Of a DNA stretch of 32,000 bases, positions 1 through 11,985 are shown in pieces. Where the stretch lies: NCBI RefSeq assembly GCF_002803295.2, contig NZ_PGGB02000003.1:60210-92209 (forward strand), in the 5' to 3' direction. The notes below the pieces were generated by a model. The model had not been told where the DNA came from, made no database searches, and was given only the letters and a program-made list of their open reading frames with translations. The position numbers were made by a program, and so were the translations under genes. Position 1 is the first letter of the stretch, and every line of letters begins with the position of its first letter. Origin of the DNA: Caedibacter taeniospiralis (GTDB lineage: Bacteria > Pseudomonadota > Gammaproteobacteria > Francisellales > Francisellaceae).

Positions 1-1401
1 TACTTACAAATATACCAATACACCTTGTCTATTAGCCAGTGGTTGTCAGATAATCAGATTAATAAGCTGATGTTTTCCATTACGAACTCTCCACTTTCGG
101 TGAGCTTATTTTTTGCGAGCTGGCACCATAAGATTGAGTGCATTCCTGTCAATCCTCGTTTTATCGCCAATGAGCTCCTGGGTTTAATTAAACGAGCGCA
201 ACCTGATCGTGTTGTAGTTGAGCCACACCAGTTATCCGATGAGCTCACTCACTACTGCCAGCAAAACAACATTAAACTTCTTTCAGTAGAGGATCCAATT
301 GCTTTTTTAGCACAGATTACAAAGCATCACAGCACTTTAAATGATGATTCCTGTGAGAAACAGCAGGAAGGTATTACGTATCACATAAGCTCTGGCACAA
401 ATGGTCATTATAATTTCCATGGTCATACGACCTCTCAGATTTTACAATACGCCTATGCGCGTCAATTCGATTACGGTCTTAAAAGAGGTGATATTTCACT
501 TATTCACCTTTCCTTTAATCATGCCTATGCCTTTTCTTATCAGTTGTTACCCAATATCGCTTTAGGTAATTGCATGGTGTTAGCTTCAGGCTTTGAAGCT
601 AAATCTGCGCTTGAATACATTGAAAAATATAACATCACCGCACTGGCGTTATTGCCAACGATGTATTATCAGCTTTGCCAGGAACACATACCAAGTGGCA
701 AACCACGACATAAACTCAGGCACTTGAGTGTGGCAGGTGATCAACCAACAGATGCACTGATGCGGCTCGTTAAAGAGACGTTCAACCTCCCCTTACTCAA
801 CGGACTTGGCATGACAGAAGTCTATGGTTATGCACAGAATCTGGGCGAAGCCAAACCTTACAATAAAGTTAAACTGTTTAATGATGTTCAAGTAAACATT
901 AAGCCTCTTTTCCATCATGAACTCAGCACGCTGGATCATCTTGATAACACTAAACAGCTCATTGGTGAGATCTATCTTAAGACACCCATGCAGCCTGTTT
1001 CCCATCAAGACCAGTGGCTTGCTACAGGCGATTATGGCTATGTGGATGACGAGCGCCATCTGTATTTTCTGGGACGCATTAAAGACATTATCGTTAAAGG
1101 TGGTTCAAAAATATCTCCTTTGGAGCTTGAGCATTATCTCTATCAAATTCCTGAGATTCAGCAAGTCGTGGTTATTGGCAAGAAAGACCCTATTTGGGGA
1201 GAAATTGTACGCGCGTGCATCGCACTTAAAACTAATACCTGCTTGCCCCTTGAAACAATTAATGCCTTCTTAACCCCCTATCTCTCAAGCTATAAACACA
1301 TTGATGAAGTTATCTTCTACGATAAACTACCTCTTAATATCAGCGGAAAAATCAACCGCTACCGTTTAAAGCGAGAACTACACAATGAACCATCTGCCTG
1401 A
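1..1401 (+). CDS. AMP-dependent synthetase/ligase (acyl-/aryl-CoA synthetase superfamily), 5' end cut by window edge
   Basis: Frame is open from base 1 and the listed start at 25 is a TTG. Protein has adenylation-enzyme motifs HISSGTNGH (P-loop-like), LLNGLGMTEVYGY, WLATGDYGYVD, FLGRIKDIIVKGGSKISPLELE, and C-terminal LPLNISGKINRYRLK. The N-terminal ~50 aa expected for the family are missing, so it probably extends upstream. Confidence 0.88.
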   Translation, partial: YLQIYQYTLSISQWLSDNQINKLMFSITNSPLSVSLFFASWHHKIECIPVNPRFIANELLGLIKRAQPDRVVVEPHQLSDELTHYCQQNNIKLLSVEDPIAFLAQITKHHSTLNDDSCEKQQEGITYHISSGTNGHYNFHGHTTSQILQYAYARQFDYGLKRGDISLIHLSFNHAYAFSYQLLPNIALGNCMVLASGFEAKSALEYIEKYNITALALLPTMYYQLCQEHIPSGKPRHKLRHLSVAGDQPTDALMRLVKETFNLPLLNGLGMTEVYGYAQNLGEAKPYNKVKLFNDVQVNIKPLFHHELSTLDHLDNTKQLIGEIYLKTPMQPVSHQDQWLATGDYGYVDDERHLYFLGRIKDIIVKGGSKISPLELEHYLYQIPEIQQVVVIGKKDPIWGEIVRACIALKTNTCLPLETINAFLTPYLSSYKHIDEVIFYDKLPLNISGKINRYRLKRELHNEPSA

Positions 1402-3220
1402 ATTTGCCTGCCTTGAAAACACTCTGGATAACGCTGAACCCAGCTATTACTTTAGTCAACCAAAAGAGAAAGTGCTGTGCATTAACCCTGATATGATTAA
1501 TGACGCACTCACGCGCCTTTGGTCGCTACAACAGCAAGGCTTATACCTTGTAGGCTTTGTGAGCTATGAAACCGCCTATTATGTAAACCCTGACTTTTTC
1601 TCCCTGCAAAACCATGAACCCATTACCCATGATTCAGGGACTCCACTGATCCATTTTATCGCCTTTGAAAAATGCTCAATACAGAAACCCTCGGTTGATA
1701 CAAATAAATCTACTATTTCTAAACCTGTCATTAACCTTATTTCTGATCCTCTGACCCAGGAACAATACGCTGCGGATTTTTCCGTGTTAAAACAGGCACT
1801 TATTGATGGTGAGAGTTACCAAATCAACTATACCAAACGCATTCAGCTGCGATCAGATCTTGATAGCCTATCCCTGTATAATGAACTCAAAAAACAACAA
1901 CCTGTAAGCTATAGCGCCTTTTTACCTTTTTCGCCCATGCAGGTGTTATCTTTCTCACCCGAGTTATTTTTCCATAAAAAAGGAGATTGCATTACCGTTA
2001 AACCGATGAAGGGGACTTCTAAACGCTTTGATGACCCTGCCCAGGATCGTGCTTCGTATCATTTCTTACAAAACGACCCTAAAAATAAAGCGGAAAATCT
2101 GATCATTGTTGATTTGCTGCGTAATGATTTAGCGCGCATCTGCCACACGGGCAGCATTAAAGTGACTAAACCATTTGAGGTTGAGCCTTATAAAAGTGTT
2201 TATCAAATGACCTCAACCATCTGTGGCAAGGTTGATGCTGATATACGCTTTGATATCATCATCAGGCATTTATTTCCCTGCGGTTCAATCACGGGCGCCC
2301 CAAAAAAGCGCACCATGGAAATCATCCAGAAGCTTGAGCCTTCACGCAAACTTTACACAGGGTGCATTGGCTACATCATGCCCAATAATGATATGTGCTT
2401 TAACGTTGCCATTCGCACCTTAACTCGACAAGAAAATCTACTTTGGGAATGTGGTGTTGGCGGAGGTTTTACTATTCAGTCCACTCAAGAGGATGAGTGG
2501 CAGGAAATGACCACTAAACTTAATTTTATTAAACGCTTATATCAGCCAGACTTTAACCTTATCGAAACAATGCTTTATAACGTGCACGGTTTGCAATCCT
2601 GCGATCTGCACTTGGAACGCCTCATGCACTCAGCACAACATCTGCATTTTAATATTGATATTACCTGCATTAAAACATCGTTATTGGATTATTGCTCAAG
2701 CTTAATAACCACATCCCATGAATCCTATAAAGTCAGACTTGAAGTCAACGACAAAGGTGATTTGGATATTACCCATCAGCCGTTATTGACGAAAGATACT
2801 ACAAGCTCAATTGAGCTTTTTATCAGCCCTTTAAACATTGATTCACGCAATCCACTCTGGCAGCACAAAACAACTGATCAAAGCACGCGTGGGTTTTATA
2901 CCAGGACACACAGCAAATATTTAAACGATCGACCCAATGCCGAGCTTATTTTTCATAATGAGTTGCAGCATATTACTGAGTCACGTTTTTATAATATCAT
3001 TGCCAAAATCAATGGGACACTTTACACTCCTCCCGCGACCGACGGTCTGTTACCTGGAATTGCTCGCGCTAAACTCATTCATAGTGGTAAGCTTATTGAG
3101 CGTTCCATTTCGGTGGATGAGCTTAAAACCGCAAGTAAAATTTACCTGATCAATGACGTTAGAGGTAAAATTGCAGCCGCTTTAAACACAAAACTAAGCA
3201 TAGCGGAAGATGTAAACTGA
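1385..3220 (+). CDS. pabB: Bifunctional aminodeoxychorismate synthase component I / 4-amino-4-deoxychorismate lyase (PabB-PabC fusion)
   Basis: Chorismate-binding domain with DGESYQINYTKR, PMKGTSKRF (PabB-type Lys), HLFPCGSITGAPKKRTMEII. C-terminal class IV aminotransferase domain with LWQHKTT, ITESRFYNI and GLLPGIAR. Confidence 0.93.
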   Translation: MNHLPEFACLENTLDNAEPSYYFSQPKEKVLCINPDMINDALTRLWSLQQQGLYLVGFVSYETAYYVNPDFFSLQNHEPITHDSGTPLIHFIAFEKCSIQKPSVDTNKSTISKPVINLISDPLTQEQYAADFSVLKQALIDGESYQINYTKRIQLRSDLDSLSLYNELKKQQPVSYSAFLPFSPMQVLSFSPELFFHKKGDCITVKPMKGTSKRFDDPAQDRASYHFLQNDPKNKAENLIIVDLLRNDLARICHTGSIKVTKPFEVEPYKSVYQMTSTICGKVDADIRFDIIIRHLFPCGSITGAPKKRTMEIIQKLEPSRKLYTGCIGYIMPNNDMCFNVAIRTLTRQENLLWECGVGGGFTIQSTQEDEWQEMTTKLNFIKRLYQPDFNLIETMLYNVHGLQSCDLHLERLMHSAQHLHFNIDITCIKTSLLDYCSSLITTSHESYKVRLEVNDKGDLDITHQPLLTKDTTSSIELFISPLNIDSRNPLWQHKTTDQSTRGFYTRTHSKYLNDRPNAELIFHNELQHITESRFYNIIAKINGTLYTPPATDGLLPGIARAKLIHSGKLIERSISVDELKTASKIYLINDVRGKIAAALNTKLSIAEDVN

Positions 3221-3221
3221 T

Positions 3222-3797
3222 ATGTTAATATTTATTGATCACTATGACTCCTTTGCCCATATCTTAATGGATTACTTTTCACAGCTTGGAGAAAGTGCCT
3301 TCGCGCTAAAAACAGATCAAGTGGATGAACATATCGACCTCTCCTTATTTGATGCGGTAGTTATAGGCCCAGGACCTGGGCATCCCGATGAACTCTCTTT
3401 TCTATACCCATATATTGAACGCATGATTAAAGCGCACATTCCCCTTTTAGGTGTCTGCTTGGGGCATCAACTCATTGCGCAATATTTTGGCGCCAGGGTT
3501 GTTCATGCTAAAAAAATCATGCACGGTCAATGCAGTGAAATAGACTTTATCAAACACCCTCTCTATCAAGGACTCAGCTCCCCCATTCAAGTGACGCGTT
3601 ATCATTCACTTATTGTTGATGAGTTAAGTTTACCAGAGTGTTTACAAGTCCTTGCCAAAACGACTGATAATGAACTCATGGCATTTAGCCATCAATCCCT
3701 TCCCGTATATGGCATTCAATATCATCCCGAAGCTTATTTAACCGATGGGGGTCTCATTATGCTGCAAAACTTTCTTTTGGCGAATAAGCGCTTGTGA
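3222..3797 (+). CDS. pabA: Aminodeoxychorismate/anthranilate synthase component II (glutamine amidotransferase)
   Basis: Class I GATase motifs: IDHYDSFAHIL, VVIGPGPGHP, GVCLGHQLIA (nucleophile Cys), YGIQYHPEAYLT. Starts directly after the pabB-pabC fusion stop. Confidence 0.9.
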   Translation: MLIFIDHYDSFAHILMDYFSQLGESAFALKTDQVDEHIDLSLFDAVVIGPGPGHPDELSFLYPYIERMIKAHIPLLGVCLGHQLIAQYFGARVVHAKKIMHGQCSEIDFIKHPLYQGLSSPIQVTRYHSLIVDELSLPECLQVLAKTTDNELMAFSHQSLPVYGIQYHPEAYLTDGGLIMLQNFLLANKRL

Positions 3798-3858
3798 TTC
3801 CCTTAAAACCCGTTATCCTAAGCCCATCTTTTTAAACTTTCCAAATTTACATACTTTC

Positions 3859-4962
3859 ATGGAAATTAAGCATAACAATTTGCGCGCCTTTGCTTATATT
3901 AATTTGACCAACTTGTTATATAACTTAGAAAATATTAAACGTTTACATCCCCACAAAACCATTATCGTCATGTTAAAAGCCAATGCCTATGGACATGGTG
4001 CCACCAAAATTGCCAAAGCATTAGATGGATTATGTGATTATTTTGGCGTTGCCAGCGTTGAAGAAGGCATTGAATTAAGCCAGGCGGGTGTTCATAAAAC
4101 CAAGATTATTATTTTTTCTGGTTTTTTCTGTGTGGATATGGTCAAAGCACTCATTGAATACCGCCTGATTCCCATTATCCATAGTGCTTATCAATATGAG
4201 TTACTACATGAATACTTTACAACAACCTCTGCTGAAATTTGGCTTAAAGTCAATACGGGGATGAATCGTTTAGGCTTGACAGAGGAAGAGTTTACATCTC
4301 TTTATCAGAAAGCACAGTCTTATGCAAAGCCAGTAAATGCCCTGACACATCTGGCTGAATCAGAATCCACTGACCAGACGTTCACTCGTGAGCAGTTAAG
4401 ACGTTTTCAGGCTTTAATAAAGGATAAAAATTTACGCCATATCAGCGCATTTAACTCAGCTGCTTCTCTACTGCAAAGGGAGGACTTTGGCACAAATACA
4501 ATCCGCATTGGTTTAGCTTTATACGGCGCATGTGCCGCTGAGCAGCTGCATCTTAACTGTCGCCTTAAACCCGTGATGTCATTGCATAGTCACATTATTG
4601 CCATCCAACGAATCAACAAAGGCGCCTCAGTCGGCTACAATCGCCAATACATTGCCACAGAAGATACACACATTGCCATTGCCTCTATTGGTTATGGTGA
4701 TGGCTATCCACAATCGACACCAAGCCAAACCAGTGTACTCATCAACAACCAAATTTATCCCACCGCAGGCAAAATCTCGATGGATCTTACGGCAATCGAC
4801 GTAGGGCTCACTCATCACGTTAATATCGGTGATACGATTACTTTATTTGGCGGTAACGCGCTCACTGTTGATGAGGTTGCTCACCGCATTGGTACATCCA
4901 GTTATGCAATGCTTACGGCAATTAACCCGCGTGTTACGCGGTTTTACATTTTTGATGAATAG
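3859..4962 (+). CDS. alr: Alanine racemase
   Basis: PLP-Lys motif VMLKANAYGHGA, VNTGMNRLGL, SIGYGDGYPQ, GKISMDLTAIDV. The ORF track begins at 3745, but ATG 3859 (MEIKHNNLRAFAYINLTNL) gives the expected N-terminus. Confidence 0.93.
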   Translation: MEIKHNNLRAFAYINLTNLLYNLENIKRLHPHKTIIVMLKANAYGHGATKIAKALDGLCDYFGVASVEEGIELSQAGVHKTKIIIFSGFFCVDMVKALIEYRLIPIIHSAYQYELLHEYFTTTSAEIWLKVNTGMNRLGLTEEEFTSLYQKAQSYAKPVNALTHLAESESTDQTFTREQLRRFQALIKDKNLRHISAFNSAASLLQREDFGTNTIRIGLALYGACAAEQLHLNCRLKPVMSLHSHIIAIQRINKGASVGYNRQYIATEDTHIAIASIGYGDGYPQSTPSQTSVLINNQIYPTAGKISMDLTAIDVGLTHHVNIGDTITLFGGNALTVDEVAHRIGTSSYAMLTAINPRVTRFYIFDE

Positions 4963-5101
4963 CTGGAGTTACACACTTTTGCTGTTTTTAAACTACCCCT
5001 TCAGCCTGCGGCTGCCACCCCTTCGCTAACGGGGAATTTTCGGAAAGCTTATCGCTTAATTCCCCGTTAGCGAAGGGGCGAAAACGCCTGCGGGAAATAA
5101 A
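4963..5101 (+). repeat. Hairpin-bearing dispersed repeat copy A (CTGGAGTTAC... with 21-bp perfect inverted repeat)
   Basis: CTGGAGTTACACACTTTTG at 4963-4981; CCCCTTCGCTAACGGGGAATT (5018-5038) is perfectly inverted in AATTCCCCGTTAGCGAAGGGG (5058-5078). Lies between convergent alr and elbB. Outer 3' boundary is approximate. Confidence 0.75.
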
Positions 5102-5189
5102 CAGTTTTGCTTCTTTAGTTTTGAACGCCACAAGCTCTGCGCATGAGGCTGACGGTGTAGTAAAATGCTTAAGGTAGTGCCATTGAACT

Positions 5190-5861
5190 CTAGATCTCTT
5201 CTTCCAGCAGGATAAGCACTGACTCAACCAGTTTATCTATCCCTTCTGCTACTTCTGCAATTGATTTCCCCAGCATATACGCTGGAGTACTCAACACTTT
5301 ATGCACCTTATCCACACATACTCCTGTAGCAGATTCTATGACATGCTTAGCCCCTTTTTGTTTAAGCACTTCTGCCGTTGCCTTATCCTTGCCGATGGTG
5401 AGCTTCACGTTTGGATAAATCTCTGCTGCAATCATCGGCGCAATACAAATAAATCCTACGGGCTTATGTGCATTTTTAAACTGCTCAATAAAGGCTTTGA
5501 TTTCCGCATCTACCATAAAGCTTGCATCCTGCTTAAAAGCAAAATCACACAAATTTTTAGCAACACCAAATCCGCCTGGTAAAATCAGCGCATCGTAATC
5601 TTCAGTCCTCACACTTGCTAAGTCTTTAATATTGCCCCTGGCGATACGCGCAGCTTCTACCAGCATATTACGAGATTCTGCCATCTCTTGAGCTGTCAGA
5701 TGGTTGATAACGTGATACTGTGGTTTGTTAGGCGCGATAAGCTCGTAATCGATACCACGCTTTGAAAGTGCTAAAAGTGTCAGCACTGCCTCATGAATTT
5801 CACTGCCATCGGATGCTCCACAACCAGCTAATAATACAGCAACTTTTTTAGGCGCCATCAT
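5190..5861 (-). CDS. elbB: Isoprenoid biosynthesis glyoxalase ElbB (DJ-1/PfpI-like)
   Basis: Protein from internal Met: MMAPKKVAVLLAGCGASDGSEIHEAVLTLLAL..., DALILPGGFGVAKNLCDFA, KPVGFICIAPMIAAEIY; characteristic of ElbB. Confidence 0.9.
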   Translation of the reverse strand: MMAPKKVAVLLAGCGASDGSEIHEAVLTLLALSKRGIDYELIAPNKPQYHVINHLTAQEMAESRNMLVEAARIARGNIKDLASVRTEDYDALILPGGFGVAKNLCDFAFKQDASFMVDAEIKAFIEQFKNAHKPVGFICIAPMIAAEIYPNVKLTIGKDKATAEVLKQKGAKHVIESATGVCVDKVHKVLSTPAYMLGKSIAEVAEGIDKLVESVLILLEEEI

Positions 5862-6032
5862 GATCTCCTTTCCTGTTTTATCCATAGCTATCATAAACCC
5901 AATACACCATAGCTTTGAAGAAATTTCTTGCATCTGCCATTATTCAAATCTGACAAACCGTGCTTAAAAACTTCCACACCTTTATTTTCTGTATGTTACA
6001 ATCTGCGGCACATTTTCTAACGGTCTAGAACT

Positions 6033-7406
6033 ATGCAATTTGATTATGATGTGATTGTCATTGGTAGCGGTCCAGGTGGTGAGGGAGCTGCTATTAAAGC
6101 GGCAAAGTCAGGATTTAAAGTTGCCATCGTTGAATCGCATTTTATTGGCGGCAACTGCACACACCAGGGCACAATTCCAAGTAAAGCCTTACGCCATGCG
6201 GTGTCTCATTTCTCATTCCATGCCAAATATCACGACTACAGCTATCCACAAATGCTGGAGAATTCGTCTTCGGTAATCAAGGCACAGACTGAGCTTAAAA
6301 CGGGGTTTTATAAGCGTAATAATGTTGACATGCGGCACGGTTTGGTCAGATTTATCAATCCCCATACCATCTCCATTTGCTCCAAAAATGAAGATGGACC
6401 GATCAAAGAGCAGTTCAGCGCCAAATATTTCGTTATTGCCACAGGATCAAGACCTTATCACCCCAAAGACATTGACTTTAATCATCCACGTATCCTGGAT
6501 AGCGATAGTGTCTTAAACCTCAAAAACAATCCTAAAACAATTTCTATTTATGGTGCTGGGGTGATTGGCTGTGAATATGCTTCTATTTTCAGAACGCTTA
6601 AGATACGAGTGAATCTTATTAACAATCGTGAGCGCTTACTCTCATTCTTAGACAATGAAATCATCGATGCGCTAAGTTACCACTTTAGAGAACAGGGAAT
6701 CCGCACACATCACAATGAACATTATGACAGCATTACAGCTACAGATAGTGAGGTAGTTTTAAAACTCAAATCAAACAAAATCATCAAATCAGACTACCTC
6801 TTATTTGCGCAGGGGCGCACGGGGAATACCGATGAACTTGGCTTAGAAAACATCGATATTCAAACGAATATTCGAGGATCGATTGAGATCAACCAGAATT
6901 ATCAGACCTTGAAACACCCACATATTTACGCCGTGGGTGATGTGGTTGGCTATCCCTCCTTAGCTTCTGCCGCATTTGACCAGGGTCGATTTGCCGCAAC
7001 CCACATCACAGAAGGTCAATGTAGCACTCATTTGATTAAAGACATTCCAACAGGGATTTACACACTACCTGAGATCAGCTCTGTGGGTAAAACAGAACAA
7101 GAGCTTACCGAAGAGAAAATTCCCTACGAAATTGGACATGCTTTTTTTAAAGATTTAGCCCGCGCCCAAATCTCGGGAAAAACAACTGGCATGCTTAAAC
7201 TTATTTTTCATCGCGAAACCCTGCAGTTATTGGGAATCCACTGCTTTGGCAGTCAGGCATCTGAGATTATCCACATCGGACAGGCTATCATGTCGCAGAA
7301 AGGTAAGGCGAACACCTTAATGTATTTTGTGAACACTACATTCAACTATCCGACCATGGCCGAAGCTTATCGTGTCGCCGCTTTAAATGGACTAAACAGA
7401 CTATAA
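6033..7406 (+). CDS. sthA: Soluble (Si-specific) pyridine nucleotide transhydrogenase
   Basis: FAD motif [41 protein letters not shown] (second redox Cys absent, as in SthA), [17 protein letters not shown], dimerization domain. Confidence 0.92.
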   Translation: MQFDYDVIVIGSGPGGEGAAIKAAKSGFKVAIVESHFIGGNCTHQGTIPSKALRHAVSHFSFHAKYHDYSYPQMLENSSSVIKAQTELKTGFYKRNNVDMRHGLVRFINPHTISICSKNEDGPIKEQFSAKYFVIATGSRPYHPKDIDFNHPRILDSDSVLNLKNNPKTISIYGAGVIGCEYASIFRTLKIRVNLINNRERLLSFLDNEIIDALSYHFREQGIRTHHNEHYDSITATDSEVVLKLKSNKIIKSDYLLFAQGRTGNTDELGLENIDIQTNIRGSIEINQNYQTLKHPHIYAVGDVVGYPSLASAAFDQGRFAATHITEGQCSTHLIKDIPTGIYTLPEISSVGKTEQELTEEKIPYEIGHAFFKDLARAQISGKTTGMLKLIFHRETLQLLGIHCFGSQASEIIHIGQAIMSQKGKANTLMYFVNTTFNYPTMAEAYRVAALNGLNRL

Positions 7407-7455
7407 GGTAATGATGCTAAGTTGCTGGAGTTAAATGACAATTTGGTCGATCCAT

Positions 7456-8040
7456 TCATTTAGCCATATCCCATATTTTTTCCAACCGCGCATCTCTTCC
7501 ACACTGCCAGCGGTAAAAAGCATAACTAAGCGGATTTTTTAAGTAGTATTTTTGATGAGACTCTTCTGCCACGTAGAACCTGCTCGCAGGAAGAATTTTA
7601 GTATAAACGGGCTTGTTTAACAGTCGTTTAACCTCGTAAAGCTGCTGTTTAGCTTGGGCTTCCTGTGCTTTATTCTGATATAGAATGGCACTTTGATATT
7701 GCTTGCCTATGTCACAAAACTGTTGATCTCTCACCGTGGGATCAATGTGCCTGAAAAAATAATCAATTAAACGTTGATAACTTAACACCTCATCTTCATA
7801 CCACACCTTTACCACCTCCAAGTGGTCTGTGTCACCTCTGGATATGCTTTTATAATCAGGGTATAGATACTTACCACCACTATAACCCACTTCGGTTTTA
7901 ACCACGCCTTTTAACCTGTCAAGGTCAGCTTGCATACACCAAAAGCACCCGCCAGAAAAGAGAGCTGTTTTCACTTCCGCAAAGGTCATCTGCGCAGAGT
8001 AAAGCAGCGAAAGCATCACCAAAGCAGCCAACTTTCTCAT
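7456..8040 (-). CDS. msrA: Peptide-methionine (S)-S-oxide reductase MsrA with predicted signal peptide
   Basis: FSGGCFWCMQADLDRLKGVVKTEVGYSGG active-site region; GDTDHLEVVKVWY; N-terminal hydrophobic segment MRKLAALVMLSLLYSAQMTFA. Confidence 0.92.
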   Translation of the reverse strand: MRKLAALVMLSLLYSAQMTFAEVKTALFSGGCFWCMQADLDRLKGVVKTEVGYSGGKYLYPDYKSISRGDTDHLEVVKVWYEDEVLSYQRLIDYFFRHIDPTVRDQQFCDIGKQYQSAILYQNKAQEAQAKQQLYEVKRLLNKPVYTKILPASRFYVAEESHQKYYLKNPLSYAFYRWQCGRDARLEKIWDMAK

Positions 8041-8230
8041 GTTTGATATTCCTTTAAATTCATAACCTACTCAAGTTATAGATCATAAAATAATCAAACT
8101 CAATATACTCCCAAGACTGAGCGCCATAAGGGAGTTTGAATGAATAAAGCCACCCATCACGGATTTATTTTAGTCTGCTTGTGTTGAGCAATATCTAAGA
8201 AACACTTCTTGATGCTAATGATGAACTTTA

Positions 8231-8315
8231 AAAATCTCACCCCCTAAGCTCTGCGCCTAACCACTTTAAAGCGGTTAGGCGGGGTGTTCAAAAATACAAA
8301 AGTGTGTAACTCCAG
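8231..8315 (-). repeat. Hairpin-bearing dispersed repeat copy B (inverted orientation)
   Basis: CAAAAGTGTGTAACTCCAG (8297-8315) is the exact reverse complement of 4963-4981. Adjacent hairpin CGCCTAACC (8254-8262) / GGTTAGGCG (8273-8281). Confidence 0.7.
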
Positions 8316-8490
8316 TTATTTAATTTAATTTTCTAAATAAACTTAAATCTATATTGCGTTTCGCTATACATAACATAGAAACCTAGAAATTTTTTAAATA
8401 TAATTTCACTGAATATGATCATATTCACTTTGTTTATAGTTGATTATGATTTTGAAGACTTTTAAACCAACAATGATGAGAATAAATATG

Positions 8491-9273
8491 AAAGATAATA
8501 GTATTGCTTTAGTAATTGGTACTGATAAAGAAAGTAATAAAGATTTGCAAACGCTTTTACAGCGCTATTTGTTCCAAGTAGCAATTGCCACCTCAGGTGC
8601 CCAAGCAATGGAATTACTTTCGAGCAATAAAAATACTAAATTTGTTTTGTTAGATCTTTTTTTACCTGATACATATGGTATTGAACTATGTAAGAATATT
8701 CGTGAACGCTGTCCAGGTGTACCAATCCTTTTTGTCTCCAAAATTACAGATCCCACAGAAATTGTGCTTTGTTTCGAGGCTGGAGCTGATGACTATGTTG
8801 AAATCCCCTTTAATCAACATGTTTTAATGGCGCGTATTAAAGCAAAACTGCGAGACCGCAATGCCATGAATACACAATATGCGATTACTGGCTCAGTCAA
8901 TATCGAGGATATTAACATCAATAGTTACAACCAGATTCAGTTTGGCAAATGGATTTATTACCCTAGAAAATCGCTAGTAACGCATCCAGATCATGCAGAA
9001 ATCTATCTGACCGACAAGGAAGGTACTTTGCTGAAAATGCTGTTATCCGATCCAAGCAAAACTTTTATGCGCGAAGAAATTGCAAGCTACCTAAATTTAA
9101 ACCTCCAGGAAAGCATGATTCGCGACGTTAACATTCACGTTCATCGCTTACGCAATAAGCTCACCCAGGGGCACAACTCAAATTCCCCCATCAAGGCCGT
9201 ACGCTCACAAGGTTATACCTTAGACTCTTACTTAACGTACATATACGATGGTAAAGAAGTTTCATTTTTATAA
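8491..9273 (+). CDS. OmpR-type winged-helix response regulator with atypical receiver
   Basis: Receiver with VLLDLFLPDTYGIELC and EAGADDYVEIPF. C-terminal Trans_reg_C domain (LTDKEGTLLKMLL...VHRLRNKL...SPIKAVRSQGYTLD). Start chosen at MKDNSIALVIG; the ORF track offers an upstream Met at 8440, so the exact start is uncertain. Confidence 0.85.
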   Translation, partial: KDNSIALVIGTDKESNKDLQTLLQRYLFQVAIATSGAQAMELLSSNKNTKFVLLDLFLPDTYGIELCKNIRERCPGVPILFVSKITDPTEIVLCFEAGADDYVEIPFNQHVLMARIKAKLRDRNAMNTQYAITGSVNIEDININSYNQIQFGKWIYYPRKSLVTHPDHAEIYLTDKEGTLLKMLLSDPSKTFMREEIASYLNLNLQESMIRDVNIHVHRLRNKLTQGHNSNSPIKAVRSQGYTLDSYLTYIYDGKEVSFL

Positions 9274-9278
9274 CCAGG

Positions 9279-11411
<2,133 letters not shown>

Positions 11412-11468
11412 TTATTAACCGCATCTTTATGCCAGTATGAGGATGTATATATCAACCATAGGAGTACT

Positions 11469-11951
11469 ATGTCTAACCTAAGTCAGTTTATCTCTGCAAA
11501 CCTGCTGCTGTGCACCGTTTTTGTGCTTGCGGTGCTGGTTTATCTTATTTTTGAAATTCGTCAAGCAAGATCAGGACGCTTTCAGCTATCAACACAAGCT
11601 GCTATCAGCTTGACCAATCGTGAAAAAGGCATATTTCTGGATATTCGAGATGGTAAACAGTACAACGAAAGTCATATTGTTGGTGCAATCAATAGTCCCT
11701 TTGCAAATTTAAAATCAAGCACCAAATTTCTCAACAAATATAAAAATGCACCGATTGTTGTCTATTGCATCACGGGTTCACAAAGCGTCAATGCCTGTGA
11801 TTTACTAAAAAAAGATGGCTATGATAAGGCTTATACTTTAAAAGGCGGCTTCAAACAGTGGTTAAATGACAAGCTCCCCATTGACTCAAAGGTAGATACT
11901 CATCAACCTCAGGTTGCAAATGATAGAAAAGAAAAGAACACCACAAAGTAA
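11469..11951 (+). CDS. Membrane-anchored rhodanese-like domain protein (YibN-like)
   Basis: N-terminal TM segment (LLLCTVFVLAVLVYLIFEI) then rhodanese domain FLDIRDGKQYNESHIVGAINSP...VVYCITGSQSVNACDLLKKDGYDKAYTLKGGFKQW. The catalytic Cys is in VVYCITG. Confidence 0.87.
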   Translation: MSNLSQFISANLLLCTVFVLAVLVYLIFEIRQARSGRFQLSTQAAISLTNREKGIFLDIRDGKQYNESHIVGAINSPFANLKSSTKFLNKYKNAPIVVYCITGSQSVNACDLLKKDGYDKAYTLKGGFKQWLNDKLPIDSKVDTHQPQVANDRKEKNTTK

Positions 11952-11985
11952 TAAAATATATACCACTTAACCTTAAGGAAACATC

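Noticed and set aside
1385-3220. Possible loss of the PLP lysine in the PabC half (GFYTRT looked like a mutated HKTT motif)
   Set aside because: An intact LWQHKTT motif is present just upstream at the expected position, so the lyase domain looks functional.
7421-7435. Fourth copy of the hairpin repeat (CTGGAGTTAAATGAC between sthA and msrA)
   Set aside because: Only 9 bases match the repeat start and there is no accompanying ACACCCC block or hairpin; indistinguishable from chance.
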